Shown: piece by piece, positions 1-10,850 of the stretch
How the letters are laid out: each line of letters begins with the position of its first letter
How positions within the stretch are numbered: position 1 is the stretch's first letter
Assembly (NCBI GenBank): GCA_030674455.1
Contig: JAUSGQ010000006.1
Span: forward strand, 15,654 to 79,653
Source of the DNA: a bacterium
Lineage (GTDB): Bacteria; Patescibacteriota; Minisyncoccia; Phycocordibacterales; UBA2100
Direction of reading: 5' to 3'
DNA: 64,000 nt
Position numbers and translations under genes: made by a program
Notes under the pieces: generated by a model
Databases searched by the model: none
The model's input: the letters and a program-made list of their open reading frames with translations, nothing else
Told to the model about the DNA's origin: nothing

Positions 1-70
1 TTAATCCCGAGGTGAGTCCTCGGCTCCGAGAGGTCTCTCCCTCGGGTGACTTCGGAGAAGAGTCATGTAT

Positions 71-111
71 CCAAGGTTAAACCTTAATAATCCCCAAGGT
101 TTAACCTTGAA
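71..111. repeat. 41-bp direct repeat (copy 1), built of palindromes AAGGTTAAACCTT + CCAAGGTTTAACCTTG; second copy at 402-443
   Basis: The same ~41-nt string occurs at 71-111 and 402-443, flanking the small ORF at 160-369. Confidence 0.6.
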
Positions 112-159
112 TACCCCTAAATTTGCTACCGGCTACCGAAAAGTCTCCCCTCGGAATAA

Positions 160-369
160 TTGTGCCTGTCCCCCTTGTCCCCGCTCTACCAACACTATTT
201 GCAGATGGGCGGCGCGAGCGTCATTCCGTGCCCCGCAGTTGCCACAGGCGCGGATTGCGCCCAGCGATATCTCTTTGAATTCGGATACATTACTTTCCCG
301 CTTATGTCCTTCACCATTTTCGCATTTCTTATCATTGTGATGCTGTTTGTACGGAATCGTAAAGTCTAA
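160..369 (+). CDS. small hypothetical protein with hydrophobic C-terminus (may start at internal Met ~211)
   Basis: 69-aa ORF ending in TM-like FTIFAFLIIVMLFV. It is followed by a perfect hairpin at 368-392 and bracketed by direct repeats. No homology recognised. Confidence 0.25.
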   Translation: MCLSPLSPLYQHYLQMGGASVIPCPAVATGADCAQRYLFEFGYITFPLMSFTIFAFLIIVMLFVRNRKV

Positions 370-392
370 ATTGGACATCGGATGTCCAATTT
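368..392. terminator. perfect palindrome AAATTGGACATCGGATGTCCAATTT directly after the ORF stop
   Basis: 12-bp arms with a 1-nt centre, overlapping the stop codon at 367-369. Confidence 0.4.
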
Positions 393-401
393 AGAAGGCA
401 T

Positions 402-443
402 TTAAGGTTAAACCTTTAAAATCCCCAAGGTTTAACCTTGAAG
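402..443. repeat. 41-bp direct repeat (copy 2)
   Basis: Near-identical to 71-111. Confidence 0.6.
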
Positions 444-451
444 CGTGAAAA

Positions 452-2155
452 CTACCGTTTCAAAATACTCCGTTCAATATCCGCGATAGTTCCGCCGACT
501 TTCTTTCCGGGGTTCAGGATGTTGAGCGGGTCGAAAATCTTTTTCACCTGCGCAAAAATCTCACACATCTTATCTCCGAACATAATGCGCAGATACGGCG
601 TGCGGATGATTCCGTCGTTGTGCTCGCCGTCTATCGAGCCGTGGTATTTTGCCACCAACTCGTACACTTTCGGTTGAAGTTCGAGGATTGCCTTTTTGCT
701 CTCGGGCTTGTTCAAGTCCATGAGCGGAATGATGTGAAAATTTCCTTCGCCCGCGTGTCCCGCTATCGTGTAGATAAGGTTGTAGTTAGCAAGCAGCTTA
801 TTAAGTTCCGGCAGGAATGTCGGGTAGTCATCGGGATGCACGACGATGTCGTCGATGAAAGGCGAGGCGTAGAGGCCTTTAAGATTCTTGCGCAGAAGAG
901 CGAAACTCTCGCGCCGGATTGTCCAGTATTTTGCCGCCTGCGTTTCGCTTTTGGCGATTCTCGCGCGCATGGCGAGTCCGTGAAGAGCTCTCTGCGCGGC
1001 TTCTGCTTGGAACAGTGCGTCATGCGGAGTTTCAGCGGCAAATTCTGCCATGAGGACGAGCTTCGGCACTCCTCCAAAAAGAACCATCATCATTTCAGGA
1101 ACGAACGCGATGCCGAGCTTTATCATCTGTACGATTCCGAAATGTCCGATTATCTGCGGAATGAATCGCACGGCGAGTTTGAAGGTTTGGTCGTCGTAGG
1201 ATTCAAATGATTCCGGATTGAACTTCAGAACCCGATGCACGATTTCCGGCAGGATGCCGATATCGGAAAGAAAGACAACGAGCATCGCGCGGTGCGGCTC
1301 TTTATGCACGAGCCCCATTTTTGCTTTTGTCACGAATGCGAGAGTGCCTTGCGAACCGGCGATGAGTTGCGTGAGGTCAAATGTATTTTGCTTTTTGTCA
1401 TAGACGTTCCACAAGGCATAGCCCGCGGAATTCTTCGCAACGGTAGGCCGTGCCTTCTCGATTTCCTCGGCGTTGTTTGTTATGAGCTCGTGGATTTCGC
1501 GGTAGATAGAACCTTCCAGGGATTGCTGCGCTTCTTTTACTTTGAGTTCATTTGCAGAGAGCGGGTGCAGTGTTGCGCGCGAGCCGTCGGAGAGCACGAC
1601 ATCAAGTTCCCTGATGTAGCGATTTGTTTTTCCATACTGGAGCGTCAATTCGCCGCCGGAATTGTTGTTTATCATTCCGCCCAGAGCGCATATTTCGCGC
1701 GAGGCGGGGAACGAGGGAAGAATCTCTCCTTTGTGCGCCAGAGTCGCTTTCTCAAAATCGCGATAGTAGACGCCAGGCTCGGTGACCGCGAAGTCATCGG
1801 TTATTTCGCCGATATGGTTCATGTACTTCGTAAAGACGAGCGAGACGGAATCGGTCAGGTCGCCTCCCGACATGTCCGTGCCGGCCGAACGCGCGGCTAC
1901 GGAGATTTTGTCGCCGTGCATTTTTGCCTCGTGAACGTAATGTAGAACGGCGGAAACATCATCGGCGTTTTTCGGATATACGACAATTTTTGGCGTGCGC
2001 TCAAAAATGCTCGTATCACGACTGTATTTTTTCAGGGTTTCTGCGTCGTCGGCGGTTTCCACATCGAGTAGCGTGGCGAAACGATGCCGGAGAGTGTCAT
2101 GGCGGGAAATGGGTCGAGCGCCTACGAAGGTCATCGCTAATATAGTAGCATCCAA
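452..2155 (-). CDS. FAD-linked oxidase / D-lactate (glycolate-oxidase GlcD-like) dehydrogenase family
   Basis: 567 aa. N-terminal FAD-binding PCMH-type domain (ADDVSAVLHYV...GGDLTD, ALGGMINNNSGG) and a C-terminal FAD-oxidase domain. Confidence 0.8.
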   Translation of the reverse strand: MDATILAMTFVGARPISRHDTLRHRFATLLDVETADDAETLKKYSRDTSIFERTPKIVVYPKNADDVSAVLHYVHEAKMHGDKISVAARSAGTDMSGGDLTDSVSLVFTKYMNHIGEITDDFAVTEPGVYYRDFEKATLAHKGEILPSFPASREICALGGMINNNSGGELTLQYGKTNRYIRELDVVLSDGSRATLHPLSANELKVKEAQQSLEGSIYREIHELITNNAEEIEKARPTVAKNSAGYALWNVYDKKQNTFDLTQLIAGSQGTLAFVTKAKMGLVHKEPHRAMLVVFLSDIGILPEIVHRVLKFNPESFESYDDQTFKLAVRFIPQIIGHFGIVQMIKLGIAFVPEMMMVLFGGVPKLVLMAEFAAETPHDALFQAEAAQRALHGLAMRARIAKSETQAAKYWTIRRESFALLRKNLKGLYASPFIDDIVVHPDDYPTFLPELNKLLANYNLIYTIAGHAGEGNFHIIPLMDLNKPESKKAILELQPKVYELVAKYHGSIDGEHNDGIIRTPYLRIMFGDKMCEIFAQVKKIFDPLNILNPGKKVGGTIADIERSILKR

Positions 2156-2312
2156 AATTGAAGTGTGTGCTAAAATATACTCATTATAATTAACAACTAT
2201 TCATACACTATGGCAAAAGGAAATAATTCCCAGAGAAAGGAGGCCAAGAAGCCGAAGAAGAATAAGAAATAGGAACAAGCGCGTCCGCCACCTGGCGGAC
2301 GCGCTGGCTAAT

Positions 2313-2567
2313 ATGAACAGGGAAATAAAACGAGCGCTCGTTCTATCCGCAGGGGTAATCTTTTTAATACTTGGTGTGGTAGGCCTCGGCACGCCGTTTC
2401 TTCAGGGCATTCTATTTATTGCAATAGGATTGACGCTACTTTCTATCGCGTCGGTAAAGGCGCGCAGATGGATCGAATTGCACACGAAGCGTTTTCCGAG
2501 AATTCAATCAGTAGTCCAGAAAATCGAAAAGCAGCTGAACGCTCTTATTGGTGGATTTCGAGATTAG
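2313..2567 (+). CDS. small two-TM membrane protein (DUF454/YbaN-like)
   Basis: 84 aa with two hydrophobic helices. The resemblance to YbaN-family proteins is weak. Confidence 0.35.
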   Translation: MNREIKRALVLSAGVIFLILGVVGLGTPFLQGILFIAIGLTLLSIASVKARRWIELHTKRFPRIQSVVQKIEKQLNALIGGFRD

Positions 2568-2618
2568 CTATAAGAGCGCGCCCTTTTTGGGGAGGTGCCA
2601 CAAAATATGGATATTGAA

Positions 2619-4082
2619 CTATTGCACTGCGTTCAGCTTCGCGCGCGTGTTTGGGCCGACTGTGCCGTATCCGGTTTTTCCCTTTTTCGCAACACCGTAT
2701 TTCTCCTGAAAAAGCCCGACTGCTTTTTCCGTAGCAGGACCATAAAAACCTGTAACGGCTCCTGCCGGATAGATTGCGGGATATAGCGCGAGAAATTTCT
2801 GCAATGCCGTCACATCCGCATTTCTAGAACCGCGCATGAGCGGGCGGCTGAAAATATATTTCAATGAATTTGCCTTGGCTGGAGGAAGTTGCCCTTGCGT
2901 CGTTGTGGCCGAGGAAGATGATGCTACAGAAGCGGAAGGCGATTGAGATTTAGTCGGTGAAGAAAGAACAGTTCCCGCGGGATAAACAGTAATGTTCAAT
3001 GTGCGCGATGATGTTACGAAATATGTCCCGTTAGAATCTTGGGGCATAAGCATTGCTTCGAGGCTGAAGCTGTAACCGTTGGCGTTAGCAATTGAAACGG
3101 TAGTCGTGCCGGATGGCGCAAGCGGCGCCGCAAACGCTTGCGTTCCGCAAGGAAGTTTTATCTTTGTTGTTGAACTGACGGCGAATACAGAGATGCCTTC
3201 TTGGCAGGAGAATTTGATGTTAGCCCCTGCACTATTCTGCGTTGCCCACGAAAAATCGACTGAATCGTTTGATACCAGGCGTGCGACCGAGCTTTTAAAC
3301 TCACTCGCAGAAGGACTCGCCGGCATCTGCGCTCCGAGAACCGTGAAGTCCGCAGAAAGCGAATGTGTCGCATCGTAAATATTTCCTCCGATATCCGGCA
3401 GGACAGTGACTCTCATGGAAACTGGCGTGCGCGACGAATTTATGGGATACACGATAAGGGATCCGGAAATCGCCTTGTCTTGTGAGAATGCCGGTTTTCC
3501 GCATGGGAGTGAATCTGTGCCGGAAGCTGAAGTGCGGACGCGGATTGATTCCGCGCATCCGAACTGGACATTTACGCCGCCTGCGTCGACGCCTTTCCAC
3601 GTGAGTGTCAGGGGTGCCCCCGAGGCAATTGATGTGCTCGATAGCGAGAAATCAATGATTGGTTGCGCTGACGTTTGAACTGAAAGTGTGAGATTAGCGG
3701 TAACCCCGTTATAACGAACTCCCGAAGCGTCTTTTGGATAAAGCGTCACGGGAACATTTTGCGAAACACCGCTTACGTTGATAATGGTGAATCCGGCCGC
3801 ATCCAAAGGATTTCCGCTTACCGATTGCCGCGTTTTGCACGGAAAACTGGAACCGCTGACATTCTTAATAGTTACGCCCTGGGGACAATTGAAGTAAATT
3901 TCTTGTCCGGCGCTGTTTGATATATTCCATGAAATCGACGTGGACCAATTGTTGGGCAGTGATTGCGGATTGGCAGTGAAAGAATTTACTATTGGAGCAT
4001 CCGCGAGCGCGGCTTCCGCCGAAATCACAGAGAGGAAAACAATACCAAGGAGAATTCTTGTTCGTGCATGGCCTCGTGACAT
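2619..4082 (-). CDS. secreted protein with three Cys-bracketed Ig-like repeats and a C-terminal peptidoglycan-binding domain
   Basis: Signal peptide MSRGHARTRILLGIVFLSVISAEAALA. Repeated modules: SW..NSAG....F.C....(30 aa)...PC. C-terminal PG_binding_1-like LQKFLA...GFYGPATEKAVGLFQEKYGVAKKGKTGYGTVGPNTRAKLN. Confidence 0.7.
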   Translation of the reverse strand: MSRGHARTRILLGIVFLSVISAEAALADAPIVNSFTANPQSLPNNWSTSISWNISNSAGQEIYFNCPQGVTIKNVSGSSFPCKTRQSVSGNPLDAAGFTIINVSGVSQNVPVTLYPKDASGVRYNGVTANLTLSVQTSAQPIIDFSLSSTSIASGAPLTLTWKGVDAGGVNVQFGCAESIRVRTSASGTDSLPCGKPAFSQDKAISGSLIVYPINSSRTPVSMRVTVLPDIGGNIYDATHSLSADFTVLGAQMPASPSASEFKSSVARLVSNDSVDFSWATQNSAGANIKFSCQEGISVFAVSSTTKIKLPCGTQAFAAPLAPSGTTTVSIANANGYSFSLEAMLMPQDSNGTYFVTSSRTLNITVYPAGTVLSSPTKSQSPSASVASSSSATTTQGQLPPAKANSLKYIFSRPLMRGSRNADVTALQKFLALYPAIYPAGAVTGFYGPATEKAVGLFQEKYGVAKKGKTGYGTVGPNTRAKLNAVQ

Positions 4083-4216
4083 ATAGTAAGAGTGTAATGC
4101 GCATAGCAGAGAGTGGCAACGCGCTAGGGTGCGTTAGCCGCGAGCGCGCTCTATCTATTTGAATCAAAATACTGTAAGTTCTTCAGATGAATTATTCGAA
4201 ATTGAACTAACCGGGT

Positions 4217-5800
<1,584 letters not shown>

Positions 5801-5904
5801 GGATTATATTGACAGCCTGATAATTGTAATATTAACTCCGCCCAGGGTTTGAAAATCAAACTGATTTTTTAAGCTGTTCATTTCCTAATCTGAAGGAGAA
5901 TGGG

Positions 5905-6234
5905 ATGTCGAAAAAGATTGTGGCAGATAGGGTCATTAGAATTGCGTTGTCGGCAGCGCGCCCGAAAAGTCAGCCGCTATGCCAGAGCGTCAAGCTTTCA
6001 GGAGAATATGTGGAATATTACAATTTCCTGAGAGAGAACGGGTTTGAAAACAGCTCGCTAATGCTGAAACTCGGCAAGAAACTACTGGCATTTGTGGTTG
6101 CACAAGACCAGCTTGGCAGAGCAATTCTCGTCGGACCCAACGACGCGCATGTACCAGAAGATACGACCCTAATTGAGGCGCTAAATCTGGGACCCGATAG
6201 CAAGAAGAGGGTCGCAAAACGGAGCGCGGAATGA
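5905..6234 (+). CDS. hypothetical protein
   Basis: 109-aa ORF with GGAG about 8 nt upstream. No recognisable domain. Confidence 0.35.
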   Translation: MSKKIVADRVIRIALSAARPKSQPLCQSVKLSGEYVEYYNFLRENGFENSSLMLKLGKKLLAFVVAQDQLGRAILVGPNDAHVPEDTTLIEALNLGPDSKKRVAKRSAE

Positions 6235-6267
6235 TGCGAGTTTGTTTCGGGTCGGAGCAGACAGACG

Positions 6268-6300
6268 CCCGGTGGAAACCCAGTCCACCGGGTTTTCATT
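6268..6300. terminator. bidirectional rho-independent terminator between convergent genes
   Basis: Stem CCCGGTGGA/TCCACCGGG followed by TTTTCATTTT. Confidence 0.55.
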
Positions 6301-7176
6301 TTAAAACCCCAGCGCTTTCAGGAAATCTTGCAATTCTTTTCCCTGAATAGGGCGGTGTTCGCCTGGCTGTAGGTGGCCCAGTTTTACATTCATAATTCTT
6401 TTTCTTTCAATTCCGGATGCGTCGAGGCCGAAGACTCCGCACATTCTTCTTATCTGATGCTTCTTGCCTTCGGTGAGTGTTATCGAAAATTTGTTATAGC
6501 TTAAGAGTTCAATTTTGCATGGCTTGGTTACGTAGCCGCCGATATCTATCCCTTTTTCCATTTTCTCTTTGAAATCAGCGGACAAGTTTGTGGTACAAGT
6601 GACCCAGTATTCTTTTTCATGCACGAAGTCGGGATTAAGAAGCGGGTCTACGATTCTTCCGTCGTCGGTGAGAATAATTAATCCGAACGAATCCTTGTCC
6701 AATCGGCCGACTGGGAAGACGTTCTTGAGATTCTTCGGCAATATCATCGCAATATCTTCTTCCTTTTCGCCCCGTCTACACGGCGAATCAGCAGATTCGT
6801 GGCTTGGCCTGCCGATACCCGCCTTATCGGCCTGCGGGGAGTGAGTGATAATTCCTCGCGGTTTGTTGTAGGCGTAGTACCTGCAATTCTTCGCGCGCCA
6901 TTTCACATCCACGACATCTTTCTCGGTAATTTTATCGCCAAGCACCGCAACTCTTCCATTGATAAAAACTTTGCCCTGTTTTATCACTTCATCCGCCTCG
7001 CGCCGCGTGCAGTACTTCTTAGAAGCGAGGTACTTATTAATCCGCATTGGGTATGCGGGCTTGATGATTGAGGGAGTCGGTTTATTGTTGGCCATGCAGA
7101 AGAGTATAGGCATTTCAGATTTATCCACAACTCCAGAATATTCCAACATTCTCAAGAATGTTGGAATATCATACAA
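6301..7176 (-). CDS. rRNA pseudouridine synthase, RsuA/RluB family (S4 domain + catalytic domain)
   Basis: N-terminal S4 RNA-binding domain (MRINKYLASKKYCTRREADEVIKQGKVFINGRV). Catalytic motif GRLDKDSFGLIILTDDG. Confidence 0.85.
   Translation of the reverse strand: MYDIPTFLRMLEYSGVVDKSEMPILFCMANNKPTPSIIKPAYPMRINKYLASKKYCTRREADEVIKQGKVFINGRVAVLGDKITEKDVVDVKWRAKNCRYYAYNKPRGIITHSPQADKAGIGRPSHESADSPCRRGEKEEDIAMILPKNLKNVFPVGRLDKDSFGLIILTDDGRIVDPLLNPDFVHEKEYWVTCTTNLSADFKEKMEKGIDIGGYVTKPCKIELLSYNKFSITLTEGKKHQIRRMCGVFGLDASGIERKRIMNVKLGHLQPGEHRPIQGKELQDFLKALGF
7141..7166. promoter_or_regulatory. perfect palindrome TTCCAACATTCTCAAGAATGTTGGAA, 25 bp upstream of the ArsR-like gene
   Basis: Copy of a 26-30-nt palindrome also present at 7460-7489 and 26983-27012, with a half-site at 9737-9757. 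Confidence 0.5.
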
Positions 7177-7191
7177 TAGACGGACAGCAGT

Positions 7192-7476
7192 ATGAATTCG
7201 GTTAAGACATCAAAACAAATGGAGCGGCATTTTAAGGGCATCGCTAATCACTGGCGAATCGACATCATTCAAATCGTTCGCAACCACCCAGGCATCACTG
7301 TCGACGGAATAGCTGAAATTGCCAACGGAAACTTCAAGACTATTTCGGAACATACGCGCCGTCTCGTGCATGCTGGTCTCATCAATAAGGAATATTCAGG
7401 GAGGTCTGTTACGCACACCTTATCTCCATATGGAAAAATCTTTTCGCGCTTTATAGAAACATTCCAACATTCTTGA
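7192..7476 (+). CDS. ArsR/SmtB-like winged-helix transcriptional regulator
   Basis: 94-aa wHTH pattern (IIQIVRNHPGITVDGIAEIANGNFKTISEHTRRLVHAGLINKEYSGRSVTHTLSPYG). Confidence 0.55.
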   Translation: MNSVKTSKQMERHFKGIANHWRIDIIQIVRNHPGITVDGIAEIANGNFKTISEHTRRLVHAGLINKEYSGRSVTHTLSPYGKIFSRFIETFQHS

Positions 7477-7489
7477 GAATGTTGGAATG
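7460..7489. promoter_or_regulatory. perfect 30-nt palindrome CATTCCAACATTCTTGAGAATGTTGGAATG overlapping the ArsR-like gene stop
   Basis: Second copy flanking the regulator. Confidence 0.5.
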
Positions 7490-7535
7490 TTCTGTGACAG
7501 TGAAATATTTTGTTCAAGAATGTTAAAGTAACTAC

Positions 7536-8435
7536 ATGTCGCTCATGACAGAGCCAAGAAAAGGTGAGTGGCTCATATTTTCCAATGCAATATTGTGGGC
7601 ATTTTTTCCTGTCATTACGGCTCTCACGTACCGCTCCATCGGGGGAGCGGTATCTCTTTTGTTGAGTACTGTCATTACGCTGCTCTTTTTTACCGCGGTA
7701 ATGTTTTACAGGCGAAAATGGAGAGAATTAAAAAATGCACTGCTATGGAAGTATGGGTTGCTGACAGCGATTTTCATCGGAGTTTTGTATTACTCATTAA
7801 TTTTTATCGGACTGGAAACAACTTCACCCGGCAACGTGGCAATTCTGCTCCTGTGCGAAGTACTCACTTCCTTCTTGCTTTTTAATGTTTACAAAAAAGA
7901 AGCATTTCCCTCCGAGTACATTGTCGGGGCGATTCTAATGGTAATGGGAGCCGGAATTATACTCGTACGCGATTTCTCGGGAATTAACATGGGTGATTTA
8001 TTTGTGCTTGCCGCCACATTCTTCGCTCCAATCGGAAATGTATATCAGCAAAAGGCACGCACCATTGCATCAAGCGAATCGATTATGTTTCTGCGAGTCC
8101 TGCTTACAATTCCTGCGCTCGCTGTCCTCGCATATTTCCTCGGAGCGCCTACGTCCCTTGCAGATTTGCGCGCATCGCTCCCATTTTTGCTGATTAACGG
8201 AATTCTTGTACTCGGTCTCTCAAAAATATTATGGATTGAAGCAATACATCGAATATCCGTGACGAAGGGTGTAGCGCTCGGCAGCATCGCTCCTTTTTTG
8301 ACGCTTATCATAGCGTGGGCAATCTTGAAGCAAGTTCCAAGCGTGTGGCAGATTGTGTCCCTCGTTCCGCTCACTCTCGGTGTTTTGCTTTTGACGGATA
8401 ATTTGAAACGCACTCATCTTTCTTATCGACAGTAA
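7536..8435 (+). CDS. EamA/DMT-family 10-TM transporter
   Basis: 299 aa with two EamA-like 5-TM halves. Confidence 0.7.
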   Translation: MSLMTEPRKGEWLIFSNAILWAFFPVITALTYRSIGGAVSLLLSTVITLLFFTAVMFYRRKWRELKNALLWKYGLLTAIFIGVLYYSLIFIGLETTSPGNVAILLLCEVLTSFLLFNVYKKEAFPSEYIVGAILMVMGAGIILVRDFSGINMGDLFVLAATFFAPIGNVYQQKARTIASSESIMFLRVLLTIPALAVLAYFLGAPTSLADLRASLPFLLINGILVLGLSKILWIEAIHRISVTKGVALGSIAPFLTLIIAWAILKQVPSVWQIVSLVPLTLGVLLLTDNLKRTHLSYRQ

Positions 8436-8518
8436 TCGGGGAGGGTGGCCTACCGCAAGCTTTAGCCGAGTGGGGATAATTGCGGAGTCTGTATCCATGA
8501 GGTATATAATGCCGGCAT

Positions 8519-9421
8519 ATGGATTTCATGTCGCCACAGAGTTTTGTTCCGCAGGCGGCGGCTCCTGTTGCCAAGATTGGCAAGTGGAAGGCAAGCAAGA
8601 TGGTTGTTAGAGAATCGTGGACACTGCTCAAGAAAGACAAGGAAATTTTATGGTTCCCAATTCTTTCTGCAATCCTGGTTCTTGCAGCGTATGTCGTTAT
8701 CGGCGCGGTCTACTTTTTTTATGTTTTAAATGGCAGTTTCGCGAGTCTCGAGACCGCGGATTATAAAACGGACTATGTTTCGTATGCTTTTTTGTTTGTG
8801 AGCTACATTATCTCGTTTCTCATCGTCAATTTCTTTCAGGCCGGAATCATGATAATTGTCCATGGGCGATTCAATGGTCAGGATTTGGGATTTGGCGACG
8901 GTATCCGCGGAGCTTCGGACAAAATCGGCAAGATATTTGTATGGTCTATCATTTCGGCGACTGTCGGAATCATTCTTGCTCAGATTTCTAATCGGTCGAA
9001 AACGCTCGGGAAAATAGTCGCGGCGCTTTTCGGCGCGGCATGGACAATTCTTACATTCTTTAGTTTACCGGCGCTCGTCATTGGCAACGCCACGATTAAG
9101 GAATCTTTTCTCGAGTCCGCTTCGGTGATTCGAAAGACATGGGGCGAAACTATCATTGTTTCGGTTGGGGTCGGCCTTTTCTTTGCACTCTTGATAATTG
9201 CGGGTTTCGTTCTAGTTCTCATTGCGTCCATTCTCTTTGGCGACCTAATTATTGCCATTGTTCTTGGGGTCCTTTTTGTCTTGTACATTATTGTCCTTGC
9301 AGTTATCTCTTCCGCCCTCAGCTCTATCTTCAAACTCGCTCTTTATGAATATGCAAAAACTGGGAATGTACCCCAGGGTTTTTCTCAGGATTTGATTCAA
9401 AATGCGATTGTCAAAAAATAA
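8519..9421 (+). CDS. polytopic membrane protein of unknown function
   Basis: 300 aa with 6-7 predicted TM helices. Confidence 0.5.
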   Translation: MDFMSPQSFVPQAAAPVAKIGKWKASKMVVRESWTLLKKDKEILWFPILSAILVLAAYVVIGAVYFFYVLNGSFASLETADYKTDYVSYAFLFVSYIISFLIVNFFQAGIMIIVHGRFNGQDLGFGDGIRGASDKIGKIFVWSIISATVGIILAQISNRSKTLGKIVAALFGAAWTILTFFSLPALVIGNATIKESFLESASVIRKTWGETIIVSVGVGLFFALLIIAGFVLVLIASILFGDLIIAIVLGVLFVLYIIVLAVISSALSSIFKLALYEYAKTGNVPQGFSQDLIQNAIVKK

Positions 9422-9683
9422 CAATACGCCGTTACGCTATTTCACTTACATTCTCGAATGTGCCGACAAGACGCTCTACGTCGGATGCACGAATAATCTT
9501 GAGAAAAGATTGCGCGAACACAATGGCGCGAAAAACGGCGCGCACTACACCAAAATCCGCCGGCCGGTGATTCTGAAACATTCCGAGAAATTTCGCTCGC
9601 TCGCAAAAGCGCGGGCTCGCGAAGCAGAGATTAAGCGGTGGACGCGAAAACAAAAAATTGCTTTTCTGCGCAAGAATTCTTGA
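9402..9683 (+). CDS. GIY-YIG domain protein (UPF0213-like small nuclease)
   Basis: YFTYILECADKTLYVGCTNNLEKRLREHN matches the GIY-YIG core. Confidence 0.75.
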   Translation: MRLSKNNNTPLRYFTYILECADKTLYVGCTNNLEKRLREHNGAKNGAHYTKIRRPVILKHSEKFRSLAKARAREAEIKRWTRKQKIAFLRKNS

Positions 9684-9687
9684 AATA

Positions 9688-9757
9688 GGACATTCTCACA
9701 TTCCGTCTGCAGGTGCCGATAACGAATCTATCGGCCTCAAGAATGTTGGAATGTCCT
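9688..9757. repeat. composite palindromic element: AGGACATTC...GAATGTCCT arms enclosing a CCGTCTGCAGGTG-hairpin (Element C-like)
   Basis: Left arm AGGACATTCTCACATTCC. Right arm CTCAAGAATGTTGGAATGTCC, a half of the 30-nt palindrome. Inner GCCGATAACGAATCTATCGGC hairpin. Confidence 0.45.
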
Positions 9758-9788
9758 AAATCGTGCTCAATCGTGATAGCATGCTGAA

Positions 9789-10772
9789 ATGCTCGTAGAT
9801 GAAGTAACAATAAGATTGCACGCCGGAAATGGCGGCCGCGGGGCGGTCGCTTTCAATAAGGTCAAACTATCGCAGGGTCCGGTGGGCGGCGATGGAGGCA
9901 ACGGCGGCAACGTCTATTTTGAAGGCATTTCCAACATCAATGCGCTCATGTCATACGCGAGCAACAAAGTAATGAAAGCCGAAGATGGCAAGAACGGGCG
10001 CGGCCAATTTTTGGATGGACGACGCGGAGAAGACCTCGTCCTGAAAATTCCTACAGGAACCACCATCACAAATCTTGGCACCGGATACAAGCAGGAAATG
10101 GTAAACGTCGGTCAGAGGATATTGGCGGCAGGCGGAGGCATGGGCGGAAAAGGGAATTTCAAATATCGTTCTGCAATAAACACGACGCCGATGCAATTTC
10201 AGGAAGGTCTTGCCGGCGACGTTTGCGAATATCACCTTGAGCTCCGGCTTATCGCCGATGTCGGCCTCGTCGGTTTGCCCAATGCGGGGAAGTCGAGTCT
10301 CCTCAATGAACTTACGGCGGCCAAAGTTAAGGTTGCGAATTACGCGTTCACGACGCTTGAGCCGCACTTAGGCGCGTACTACGAACTCATCATCGCCGAT
10401 ATTCCGGGGCTCATTGAAGGCGCGTCGGCGGGGAAGGGACTCGGCGTTAAATTTCTCAAGCATATCGAAAGAACCACCACGATATTCCATTTGATATCCG
10501 CGGAGTCGGAAGACCCCGCGCGGGATTACGAAATAATCCGCAATGAGCTTGAAGTCCACAATCCGCTTCTCTCGATAAAAACGGAATATGTATTTCTCAC
10601 CAAGACCGATGCAGTTGCTCCGAAAGTCGTGAAAGATAAAGTCGCTGCTTTGAAGAAAATCGGATTAAAGCCGATTTCAATCTCCATTTTGGAAAACGAG
10701 ACACTCGATGAGGTGAAAAAGATACTCAATAAAATAAAGTCTGAGAAGTTGAAATCAGTCGCAGAGCAATAA
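9789..10772 (+). CDS. obg: GTPase Obg
   Basis: Obg fold N-terminal glycine-rich repeats (GGDGGNGGNVYFEG) plus G domain (GLVGLPNAGKSSLLN; DIPGLIEGA). Confidence 0.95.
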   Translation: MLVDEVTIRLHAGNGGRGAVAFNKVKLSQGPVGGDGGNGGNVYFEGISNINALMSYASNKVMKAEDGKNGRGQFLDGRRGEDLVLKIPTGTTITNLGTGYKQEMVNVGQRILAAGGGMGGKGNFKYRSAINTTPMQFQEGLAGDVCEYHLELRLIADVGLVGLPNAGKSSLLNELTAAKVKVANYAFTTLEPHLGAYYELIIADIPGLIEGASAGKGLGVKFLKHIERTTTIFHLISAESEDPARDYEIIRNELEVHNPLLSIKTEYVFLTKTDAVAPKVVKDKVAALKKIGLKPISISILENETLDEVKKILNKIKSEKLKSVAEQ

Positions 10773-10779
10773 CACCAGA

Positions 10780-10827
10780 TTCCAAGGGTAGTCCTTGGAG
10801 AGTGATTCCTAAGGACTACCCTTGGAA
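10780..10827. terminator. 17-bp-stem hairpin between convergent genes (loop GAGAGTGATTCCT)
   Basis: TTCCAAGGGTAGTCCTTGG / AAGGACTACCCTTGGAA. The loop is shared with the hairpin at 24899-24938. Confidence 0.5.
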
Positions 10828-10850
10828 TCAAAAGCTTTCGAGATGCTCTC

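Noticed and set aside
65-340. 91-aa ORF at the window start
   Set aside because: Begins inside the direct repeat and is low-complexity. It overlaps the more plausible small ORF in another frame.
620-1945. Plus-strand ORFs (196 aa, 236 aa) inside the FAD-oxidase gene
   Set aside because: Antisense to a well-supported 567-aa enzyme gene. No domain signal.
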